A DNA stretch of 64,000 nucleotides from contig JACKAF010000003.1 in NCBI GenBank assembly GCA_020635235.1, positions 76,051 through 140,050 on the forward strand, given 5' to 3'. The first letter of the stretch is position 1. Each line of letters begins with the position of its first letter. Of the stretch, positions 53,054-60,595 are shown piece by piece. The DNA comes from Pseudobdellovibrionaceae bacterium (GTDB taxonomy: Bacteria; Bdellovibrionota; FAC87; UBA2466; JACKAF01). The notes beneath the pieces were generated by a model, which saw nothing but the letters and a program-made list of their open reading frames with translations, was not told the DNA's origin and did no database searches. A program made the position numbers and the translations under genes.

Positions 53054-55454
53054 GCTTATACAGATTCTTACTTTGGCGGTGGTCTTGTCGGCCTGTACGC
53101 CCGCCAGCAAACAGACACCGGTCCCTCCGGGACGTGCTGCTACCGGCGCTGAGGCGAGTGTTCAGAGCGGACAATACGATCCCTCGCAGGTAGGTTTCTA
53201 TTTTGACGAAGACAAGACCCAGATCCTCAGAAAACCCATTCCCTCGTCCGATAAGCCGGCCTATGAGAGAGAAACTCACCTGGTTTTTCGAATTTGCCTG
53301 AAAAATATTTACGATACGGCTTTGCAGCAGGGAACTTACGAGGTCGCTTTTGAATCGGATCCCTCAAAATTTACCGTCTTAGAGGAGGGCGTGCCCCAGC
53401 GTGACGGTTGTTTCCACACGAGTAAAGAGGTCGTACTCAAGCACAACGTAGATGAAACTGAGAATTACCGCTCCTATTTCTTAGTCGTCCGCGACAAGAA
53501 CGCGCCCGATCGCAAAGTGGCGCTGAAAAAAGATCTGAACGTCTTTCAGGCAGGCAAACTCTTTGAGTGGGATGCCCGCAACGGGGCGCCTGTCGCTGCA
53601 GTACCGACGGGTCCCGTGCTGCGCCTTGGGATCGACAAGCTTTCCTATTTTTATCCCGGACAGAAGGCGGACTACGAAATTGATACCTGGGCCCACCTTA
53701 CCCTTAAGCAGTTTTCCAGATTCCGTTTTACTCCCAAACTGAAAAGGCAGTTGAGCTTTACTTTGCAGGGGCAGCCACAACAGGTTGAGGATAAATTGTG
53801 GCCTGGGATGAAGCTCAATGTGCGCGTCGTCTTTGTAGCGAGTGAAATGAGCCAGTCGGAGCTGGCCACGAAGAAGATAAGCGATAAGCTTGTACACTTG
53901 CGATTTCTGAGCGAGTACGAGACCGAAGCGACGGTAGGGCAGTGGGGTGAGGTCGATATTCCAGTAGGCTTTGCCTACGACTTTAGCGAAGGTCCACTCT
54001 TGGAAACCTTCACGCAGGTGTTTTTGGAAATCCGGTCTGTTGAAAGCCGAGCGGTGGGATCGTTCGTCGGAGTTTTCCCCTTCGCCGCTGTAGATGGAGA
54101 CTCCAAGGAAGTTGGCGTTACTGACATGACAGATGACGATCCAGAGTTGCTTAAGAATTTAGAGCGCGAATTGGTAACGGCAAACGATCGCAGCCTAAAG
54201 GAATTGAAGTTCTCGGAAAAGAAGCTTGCAAGCCTCTTGCCCACCAAAGTTCCGGCCACACACCAGCTGCGCAAACCGCGACGTCCGGAACCGATGGATC
54301 CAGATACGCATCTCAAGTACAGTCCGACCGATTATTTCATCGCGTCCGCTGCTGGGATTCCCAAGAATGTGCTTAACCTTTCCCTTTCCAGCTCGGAGTG
54401 GGAAAAACGTTGGCCCTCTGATTTGAACAAGGATCTTCACCGACTTCTTTCCAACCGCCTTGGGCGCAAAGACCTCTTTTATCCGCTCAATGAAAAAGAC
54501 CTTAAGCCTCTAACCAAACAGGAAGAAGCGCTTCGCCGACAACTTCGATCCCCCCACGGAATCTACCGCGCCTTTGCTCCGCTTGTTGGATATTTTTGTA
54601 GTTATTTTTACGAGGGGGAACAGTCGAAAGCGTGCACCGCCTCGAGAGACAAGACACCCTTTGAGTTCATAGGTATGGAGGTTTTGGAGTTTATTAATGG
54701 CCCTCCGACTGTTGAAAAGAAGTTTGATGAGCTCGACATGTTTCAGGCGATGGCAGAATACTTTCGTGAAGATCTCACTTCGCTGAAGACCTCTGAAGGG
54801 CAGCAGCGCACAACTACAAAGCGTGCTGAGAGCGGGTGGGACGCTTCGCCGAAGTTTTTTGGAATTGGTGGAGGTATGGGGGGCGGCTGGAGCTATAACA
54901 ACGGCCAGTACTGGCACTCGGATTTTGCCCATGTTTTGGATGAGCGCGTTCGGGGGCGTACGCGCCAGTTTGGTCAGCTCTTTGTCCAGATAGCCAAGTT
55001 ATACCTCTCTGCCGACGTCAGCACTTGCTTGCTGGTTTCACCAAAAAAAATGAAGACCCCCAACAAGGGACTGCTCTTTTGTTTTGATCAGCACAAAGAC
55101 GGTATTGAGCACAACTGGTACTACGTCGATCAAGAGCAGCAGTACCGCGGTTTCTTTAGACCCTCGTCGCGCAATCAGGGCGACCGAAAGTGGCTGAAGA
55201 TCATGCGCGGAAAAGAATTCTACGACAGACTCAAGAGGTTGATGAAGGCCCGTGTAGTACTCATTTTGCGCCAATCAGATGGCTCTATCAACGGCGTGGA
55301 TCACATCATCAGCGGGGCCTTGTCCGAGCTCGACCAACTGACTTTTCAGACGCACTCGCTCGGGAAGCATCGGGATTCCGGGATTTATCCGGGAGTTGTT
55401 TTCTATCGAGATGTGGAACGGGTGTACGACGATCTCCTGACGCCGGAGAATTAG
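53040..55454 (+). CDS. large (804 aa) lipoprotein, unknown function
   Basis: ATG 53040 overlaps the barrel gene end by 14 nt. Canonical lipobox LAVVLSAC. No recognisable domain. Confidence 0.6.
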   Translation: MTYSRLIQILTLAVVLSACTPASKQTPVPPGRAATGAEASVQSGQYDPSQVGFYFDEDKTQILRKPIPSSDKPAYERETHLVFRICLKNIYDTALQQGTYEVAFESDPSKFTVLEEGVPQRDGCFHTSKEVVLKHNVDETENYRSYFLVVRDKNAPDRKVALKKDLNVFQAGKLFEWDARNGAPVAAVPTGPVLRLGIDKLSYFYPGQKADYEIDTWAHLTLKQFSRFRFTPKLKRQLSFTLQGQPQQVEDKLWPGMKLNVRVVFVASEMSQSELATKKISDKLVHLRFLSEYETEATVGQWGEVDIPVGFAYDFSEGPLLETFTQVFLEIRSVESRAVGSFVGVFPFAAVDGDSKEVGVTDMTDDDPELLKNLERELVTANDRSLKELKFSEKKLASLLPTKVPATHQLRKPRRPEPMDPDTHLKYSPTDYFIASAAGIPKNVLNLSLSSSEWEKRWPSDLNKDLHRLLSNRLGRKDLFYPLNEKDLKPLTKQEEALRRQLRSPHGIYRAFAPLVGYFCSYFYEGEQSKACTASRDKTPFEFIGMEVLEFINGPPTVEKKFDELDMFQAMAEYFREDLTSLKTSEGQQRTTTKRAESGWDASPKFFGIGGGMGGGWSYNNGQYWHSDFAHVLDERVRGRTRQFGQLFVQIAKLYLSADVSTCLLVSPKKMKTPNKGLLFCFDQHKDGIEHNWYYVDQEQQYRGFFRPSSRNQGDRKWLKIMRGKEFYDRLKRLMKARVVLILRQSDGSINGVDHIISGALSELDQLTFQTHSLGKHRDSGIYPGVVFYRDVERVYDDLLTPEN

Positions 55455-56143
55455 TTGGGCGGGAGTTTTCCTGCATAGCTTCGGAAAAGCCGGCTGGATC
55501 GTGCTTGATACCGACGGCGCAGCCGTGCGATTTCCGCTTCACTCAGATCACCGCCGAGCCCAAGCGCTTGACGCCGCTCATGGACCACGTATAGAGCCAG
55601 AGCCGCAGCCACCGAAACGTTGAAGCTGCGGGTAAAGCCATACATCGGAATATGGAAGCGGTAATCCGCCAGTTTTAACGCTGCCGGCGAAACGCCGTCC
55701 TTTTCATTTCCAAAAATCAAAACAAGAGGGCGATCAAATGGAAGGTCCTCGATGGGAACGGAGTCCTCAAAGCTGGTGGCCGCAAGCGCGTAACCACGCG
55801 CTGATAGGGCCTGCAGGCACGCTTCAGTGTCGTTCCATCGCTGGATCTCCATCCATTGGTGCGCGCCCTGAGTGATACGCTTAGACGAACGGAAACGACG
55901 CATTTCTGCAATGATATGACATTCCAAAAACCCAAAGCTCTCCGCGCTTCGAAGCACCGCGCTGATATTTCCCACATCGTATATCTGGTCAAGGACCGGC
56001 ACTACCGAGCGTGTCCGCTGCGACAAGACCTTGTCTATGACCTGTCGACGCGATTCGGTTAGTAGTTCTGCCATGGTGGAATCGGCCGAAACGCGGGCGA
56101 AGCGCTTCAGAAGGCGGTGCAGGTGGCGGCGTTCGGCGTCCAT
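55451..56143 (-). CDS. trmH: SpoU/TrmH-family RNA 2'-O-methyltransferase
   Basis: VLDQIYDVGNISAVLRSAESFG, LIFGNEKDGVS and IPMYGFTRSFNVSVAAA are SPOUT motifs. Confidence 0.8.
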   Translation of the reverse strand: MDAERRHLHRLLKRFARVSADSTMAELLTESRRQVIDKVLSQRTRSVVPVLDQIYDVGNISAVLRSAESFGFLECHIIAEMRRFRSSKRITQGAHQWMEIQRWNDTEACLQALSARGYALAATSFEDSVPIEDLPFDRPLVLIFGNEKDGVSPAALKLADYRFHIPMYGFTRSFNVSVAAALALYVVHERRQALGLGGDLSEAEIARLRRRYQARSSRLFRSYAGKLPPN

Positions 56144-56190
56144 TAGGCTGTCCCCATGGCGGCTAGCTTAGCGGGACGGGAGGGCGGAGT

Positions 56191-56862
56191 CTATTCCTTC
56201 TCGAGGACGGTCCACACAAGGCGTTTGGACTCGGCGCCCGGTTGGTCTTTGGGATCCACGTTAAAGACGAAGGGGGCGCTAAAATCGATCCGAGGGCCAC
56301 ATACGATGTCCGCAGTAGAGGAGCCAAAGCCCAGTGTATTGCGTACCTGACTTCGATAGCTCGTCGGTAAATAATCTTCAAGAAGGCGTTTTTGTACGCG
56401 GTAGTAGGAGCTGTCGCGTACATCCTTTTGGAGCCGGGTCGCGGTCAAAGCCTTCTGGCCGTCATTGTGGTAGCTGAGGGCGTAGGCGTGCCGGGTTTGC
56501 TTTTCGCCCGTGATCTCACTGACCACCAGATAAAAGCAGGAGCGGTTTGAAGCGAAAGCGTTTGTTAGCCGGACAATGAGGCGGCGGGTTTCCTCAGACG
56601 AACACTGGCGTTGCCGGCACTCCAGGGCCGCGATACGGGCGATGAGCGGGACCGTGAGCGGCGTGACGACGGTTCTAAAGCCTTCCGACCAGACTTCGCG
56701 AGTCAGATCCCGGTCCATGACATCTACAGGGACTCCCGGGAGGTTTGCCGGGCGCAGGAACGCCGCCCGCGACGGGCGTTCTGCGAGTAGCAGCTCCGGA
56801 GGAACGGAAGCGCAGGCTCCCAGCAAAGCTATCGCAGAGAGAAATATGAGCTGTCTGAACAT
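56191..56862 (-). CDS. lipoprotein, unknown function
   Basis: ATG 56862 gives MFRQLIFLSAIALLGAC, a canonical lipobox. The longer ORF start is unsupported. Confidence 0.55.
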   Translation of the reverse strand: MFRQLIFLSAIALLGACASVPPELLLAERPSRAAFLRPANLPGVPVDVMDRDLTREVWSEGFRTVVTPLTVPLIARIAALECRQRQCSSEETRRLIVRLTNAFASNRSCFYLVVSEITGEKQTRHAYALSYHNDGQKALTATRLQKDVRDSSYYRVQKRLLEDYLPTSYRSQVRNTLGFGSSTADIVCGPRIDFSAPFVFNVDPKDQPGAESKRLVWTVLEKE

Positions 56863-57046
56863 ACCGGTCTTTCCTAGCATAGGTGGTCCTTTAAAAGAAG
56901 GGGCGCTGGTCTCTTTCGGGGCCCTAATCGCTAAACGCGCGGCGGGTCGGGCTTGTGACATCGGCCTCGGGTGTCCAGGCCGTTTACAGTCCCTCTTTTC
57001 CGCCATAGGCCTGCGATCCAGAGTCGGATAGTGCTATACTACCTCT

Positions 57047-57391
57047 ATGCGTCAATTAATGCTTGTGGGCCTGTTGCTCACCCTCACCCAGTGTGCGCAC
57101 CCTCGGGTGGCACGGTACCGATCCACCATTGAACCGCACCTGAATAAGAGCAAGAAGGCGGAACTGGATGCTCTACTCGGCAGTCCCGTCTCCTGTGCGC
57201 CGGCCAAAGAAGGCCTGGAGCGCTGCGAATACCGGACGGCCAGTGAGAGGAACCAGAAAGTCCCAGAAATTTATCGACGCAACTCCGCCATGGGGCCGGA
57301 CGTTTCTCCGTATGAGTTTTTCGATGTCCTGCATCTCTATTACGATAGCTTCGGGACATTGAAAGAGTGGACCCCAGTTGTGGTTCACTGA
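57047..57391 (+). CDS. small secreted / lipoprotein-like hypothetical protein
   Basis: MRQLMLVGLLLTLTQC is a signal sequence. Confidence 0.5.
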   Translation: MRQLMLVGLLLTLTQCAHPRVARYRSTIEPHLNKSKKAELDALLGSPVSCAPAKEGLERCEYRTASERNQKVPEIYRRNSAMGPDVSPYEFFDVLHLYYDSFGTLKEWTPVVVH

Positions 57392-57975
57392 TTGGCGAAA
57401 AACTTGATCACGCGCCCAAAGTTCTTTTCCCGATATGGAATCACGTCGGGGATGCGGTAGAGCGCCACCTGATTGGGCCCCATTCGATTGAAGGCGATAT
57501 CGCCCCAACGGTAAAAGAGAGCGTGAGATCCCAATCTACCGCCGGTAGCTTCCTGCACCGGCTTGCCGAGTTGCCGGATCAAATCCTCTCGCCACGAATC
57601 CTGCCTCGCGAGTGAAAAACTGAACAACGGATCGTTGCGGCCAAGTATGTAACCGGGGAATGGGTCCTGGATTTCGATCAGCGTTACGAGCTGTCTTTTG
57701 AAATACACTTTTACCCCGATTTCGGGCATCTCCACGATTCGCTCTACGCCCAGGTTTTTGGCTGAGCTGTCGGAAGAAACGGCGACTTCGTTGAAGCGCC
57801 ATTTGCGACGCATGACTTGGCTTTCGTGTTCCCCTAGGTAGGCGACATCTGCAATCCCCGAATAAAGATTGATGTACATCGGGGGCAAGGAATTGAATTG
57901 TCGGCGGATACAGGACGACGTTAGTGCTGCGGTGCAAAAAATGAGGGCAAGCGTCCCCCGAAGTCGGAAAGGCAT
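57385..57975 (-). CDS. lipoprotein-like hypothetical protein
   Basis: MPFRLRGTLALIFCTAALTSSC is a signal sequence. Confidence 0.5.
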   Translation of the reverse strand: MPFRLRGTLALIFCTAALTSSCIRRQFNSLPPMYINLYSGIADVAYLGEHESQVMRRKWRFNEVAVSSDSSAKNLGVERIVEMPEIGVKVYFKRQLVTLIEIQDPFPGYILGRNDPLFSFSLARQDSWREDLIRQLGKPVQEATGGRLGSHALFYRWGDIAFNRMGPNQVALYRIPDVIPYREKNFGRVIKFFANQ

Positions 57976-58108
57976 GGAATTATTTTAGCATAGCCGCCAG
58001 AATGCCGTTGATCAGGGTAGGAGAAGTTCCACGGATATCCGTGACACGGGATTGAAACTTCGCCCATGACCGGCTATATAGACTCTTTGCTCTGATTATT
58101 GATGCAAT

Positions 58109-58181
58109 GGGCCGCTAGCTCAGTCGGTAGAGCACCTCCCTTTTAAGGAGGGGGCCGTTGGTTCGAGTCCAACGCGGCTCA
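58109..58181 (+). tRNA. tRNA-Lys (anticodon TTT)
   Basis: GGGCCGCTAGCTCAGTCGGTAGAGCACCTCCCTTTTAAGGAGGGGGCCGTTGGTTCGAGTCCAACGCGGCTCA folds as a cloverleaf with anticodon loop CTTTTAA. No encoded CCA. Confidence 0.9.
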
Positions 58182-58272
58182 CTTTAAAGTCTAAGTAGGG
58201 ACTCGTTCCCTTCGGGGTCGAGTCCAACGCGGCTCACTTTAAAGTCTAAGTAGGGACTCGTTCCCTTCGGGG
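58163..58272 (+). repeat. perfect 2 x 55-bp tandem repeat: last 19 nt of tRNA-Lys plus 36-nt trailer
   Basis: 58163-58217 and 58218-58272 are identical (tcgagtccaacgcggctcactttaaagtctaagtagggactcgttcccttcgggg). The unit starts at T-loop position 55. Confidence 0.95.
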
Positions 58273-58386
58273 TACCCAAGTTTCTCTCCCTTAACACATG
58301 TAACCTGCATTTTTGCTCTGGCGTGGTGTCTGCGCTGAAGAGCGTTTTTAATCATAATATAGAGGTCCAAAAAACTAGGGGGCGAT

Positions 58387-59172
58387 ATGCGATTCCTTTC
58401 GGTTGTGATGCTGTTTTTGGCGATTGGCGTTAATGCGCGGGCGGAGCGCGGCTTGGATGCGCTGCGCGGGGAATACCCAATTCTTGAGTATGATGGGGAC
58501 ACCTTAGCTTCTGGGTACGTGCAGATAATCTCCGATGAAAACGTGATCGGCGTGTACGTCAGTGGATTGGCTCTGGCTTCACGGCCAGCCCTCAACCTGA
58601 GCGTTCTTACCCCCTCAGCGAATACCGATGTCTCGGAGGACTCCGATCGGGTTACCCAGCGGTACAGTGATGGCCGCGGTTCTTCAAGAATAGAGTACAC
58701 GCGCCACACGGGTTATCTGGAGATCCAAACAGAAGTCTGCGTCGAAGGTGACGGCTGTGAACGCAATACGATCTTTGCGGGTCAAACCGGCTCTCCGGGG
58801 ACAGAAATCGATTACGATACGTTTTTTCTCGCGACGGCGGGGATGTACAAGATTCAATCGGCCGGCGGGGCACCTCCAAAACCGGAGAATGAAGGGGCCA
58901 TCGTCGACGGGAACTTCGGCTATCTTATGCTTCCCTACTGCGAACCAGGTGGCGCGTGCAATCCGGGATATATTTTTGTCGATCGAGCCTCCACCCGTTT
59001 CTTCCGTCGGGAAGGCACTGCCGGGACTCAGTTGGATATGGTGCTAAGCCAAAACGGAGCCGTTCGTTACTACAGTTGGACGGAGCGAGGGGACGGTGAA
59101 GTTTTGTTTCGGGATTTCCAGTACCGTCTAAACGAAGCCCGCGTCTGCATGGAGCACGTGCTCATCCGCTAG
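58387..59172 (+). CDS. secreted hypothetical protein
   Basis: Signal peptide MRFLSVVMLFLAIGVNARA. No recognisable domain. Confidence 0.55.
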   Translation: MRFLSVVMLFLAIGVNARAERGLDALRGEYPILEYDGDTLASGYVQIISDENVIGVYVSGLALASRPALNLSVLTPSANTDVSEDSDRVTQRYSDGRGSSRIEYTRHTGYLEIQTEVCVEGDGCERNTIFAGQTGSPGTEIDYDTFFLATAGMYKIQSAGGAPPKPENEGAIVDGNFGYLMLPYCEPGGACNPGYIFVDRASTRFFRREGTAGTQLDMVLSQNGAVRYYSWTERGDGEVLFRDFQYRLNEARVCMEHVLIR

Positions 59173-59174
59173 TT

Positions 59175-59639
59175 TTACCAGCGGTGGTAGGCGGGGTGTC
59201 CGGGCGTTACCGCAACGAAAACACCTTCGCACAAGGCACAGGTTTTTCCACCTGCGATTAACTCCGCTTTGATGGTTGCCTTGTCGTCGCTAGAGTCCAC
59301 CACACGAGAAACGAGTTCCACCTTGCCAGACGTTGGCGTCGGTCTAAGCAGCTTGATGCTATAGCTTGCGGTTACCGTACAAGGTGGTGTGGCGGCTTTT
59401 GTTTTTTGCATCAGGTGCCAAGCTGCGGTCCAGTTGGAATGGCAATCCAATAAGGCTCCAACGATCCCACCGTTCAGTACCCCCGGGAACGCCTCATATT
59501 TTTTTTGAGGGGACCACACCGCTCGGACCTCATCTCCCACAACAAAACTCTTTATTTGCAGGCCTTCCCCATTGGATGGGCCGCAGCCAAAACATTCGTT
59601 GTGAGGGGCATACTTGTCTTGAAGGGCTTGGTTTTCCAC
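59175..59639 (-). CDS. hotdog-fold thioesterase (PaaI-like) with N-terminal CxxC
   Basis: NECFGCGPSNGEGLQ and PGVLNGGIVGALLD are typical of PaaI/4HBT-type thioesterases. GTG start follows GGAG. Confidence 0.7.
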   Translation of the reverse strand: MENQALQDKYAPHNECFGCGPSNGEGLQIKSFVVGDEVRAVWSPQKKYEAFPGVLNGGIVGALLDCHSNWTAAWHLMQKTKAATPPCTVTASYSIKLLRPTPTSGKVELVSRVVDSSDDKATIKAELIAGGKTCALCEGVFVAVTPGHPAYHRW

Positions 59640-59666
59640 GATCTCCGCCCAGAAGGTTTGGGCAGG

Positions 59667-59759
59667 GAACGAATCACCGCCCTAAAAACTGGGCGGTAAG
59701 GGATTCGACCGCGAAGCGAACGAATCACCGCCCTAAAAACTGGGCGGTAAGGGATTCGA
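59667..59759 (-). repeat. 2 x 42-bp perfect direct repeat (51-bp period): last 19 nt of tRNA-Arg plus 23-nt trailer
   Basis: 59667-59708 and 59718-59759 are identical (plus strand gaacgaatcaccgccctaaaaactgggcggtaagggattcga), separated by a 9-bp spacer. In tRNA sense the unit starts at T-loop position 55. Confidence 0.95.
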
Positions 59760-59814
59760 ACCCCTGACCCCGTGGTTCGAAGCCACGTGCTCTATCCAAC
59801 TGAGCTAACCGCCC
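59741..59814 (-). tRNA. tRNA-Arg (anticodon TCG)
   Basis: Reverse complement GGGCGGTTAGCTCAGTTGGATAGAGCACGTGGCTTCGAACCACGGGGTCAGGGGTTCGAATCCCTTACCGCCCA has anticodon loop CTTCGAA. No encoded CCA. Confidence 0.9.
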
Positions 59815-59916
59815 GCCGTTTAAGAATCTACTTGATAGACCATCGTTGCGCCTAAGGCAAACATCTCCCAAGCCCGGTGACACTCGCACGGGAAAAATGT
59901 TAGTCTCGCGAGCCGT

Positions 59917-60498
59917 ATGGACGCGACAAGCACGCTTATTGCCCTGGGTGCGGGGGCCTACTTGATTGGGAGTTTCCCCACGGGAGTCGTACTCTCCCGC
60001 CGCAAGTATCGAATAGACGTCCGGGAAATGGGCAGTGGCAATATCGGAGCGACTAATGTCACGCGCGTTTTTGGCTGGTACGCAGGCGCGCTGACCCTGG
60101 TTGTCGACTTCGTAAAAGGCTTTGTCCCCATGTACCTTACCCGGCGCTATTTTCCGGGATTGGAGTGGGCGCCGACCGTGGTGGGCCTGGGCCTCGTCGT
60201 GGGGCACTGTTTTAGCGTCTACTTAGGCTTTCGGGGGGGGAAAGGGGTGGCCACCGGATTTGGCTGTGTCGCGGCCTTCGACCCGCTTTTTTCTTTGGGG
60301 TTGGCCGCAGTTTACGTCATTTTGCTCCTGGTGACGCGCATCAGTGCCGTGGGCTCCCTTGGCGGAGTGGCTGCGAGTCTCGCCTACCTCTTCATGAAAA
60401 AACCCGCCCCACCGTTTTCCTCAATGCTTTTAGGTATCTGTGGGATAATTCTGATTCGCCACGTCAAGAATATCCGGCGTCTGATCGGGTGGGAATGA
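59917..60498 (+). CDS. plsY: glycerol-3-phosphate acyltransferase PlsY
   Basis: GSGNIGATNV and GGKGVATGFG motifs; 193 aa polytopic. Confidence 0.9.
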   Translation: MDATSTLIALGAGAYLIGSFPTGVVLSRRKYRIDVREMGSGNIGATNVTRVFGWYAGALTLVVDFVKGFVPMYLTRRYFPGLEWAPTVVGLGLVVGHCFSVYLGFRGGKGVATGFGCVAAFDPLFSLGLAAVYVILLLVTRISAVGSLGGVAASLAYLFMKKPAPPFSSMLLGICGIILIRHVKNIRRLIGWE

Positions 60499-60595
60499 AC
60501 CCGAAAACTTCTGTTTAGCGCAGCGGAACTTTCTTAGTGAAATTAAAGATTTAAATGGGTTTTGCCGATGAGTTGTTCGGAGAGGTATCGTACGC

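Noticed and set aside
58109-59814. Integrated genomic island or prophage at the tRNA genes.
   Set aside because: No integrase, excisionase, transposase or phage-like gene occurs anywhere in the window. Only 36 bp and 32 bp separate the repeat copies. I report these as att-like scars or structured trailers, not as a mobile element.
59725-60207. 160-aa minus-strand ORF spanning tRNA-Arg and the plsY 5' region; also 58239..58709 (-), which overlaps the tRNA-Lys repeat.
   Set aside because: They overlap a tRNA gene or its repeat and lie antisense to well-supported genes. Neither has an SD sequence or a recognisable motif.
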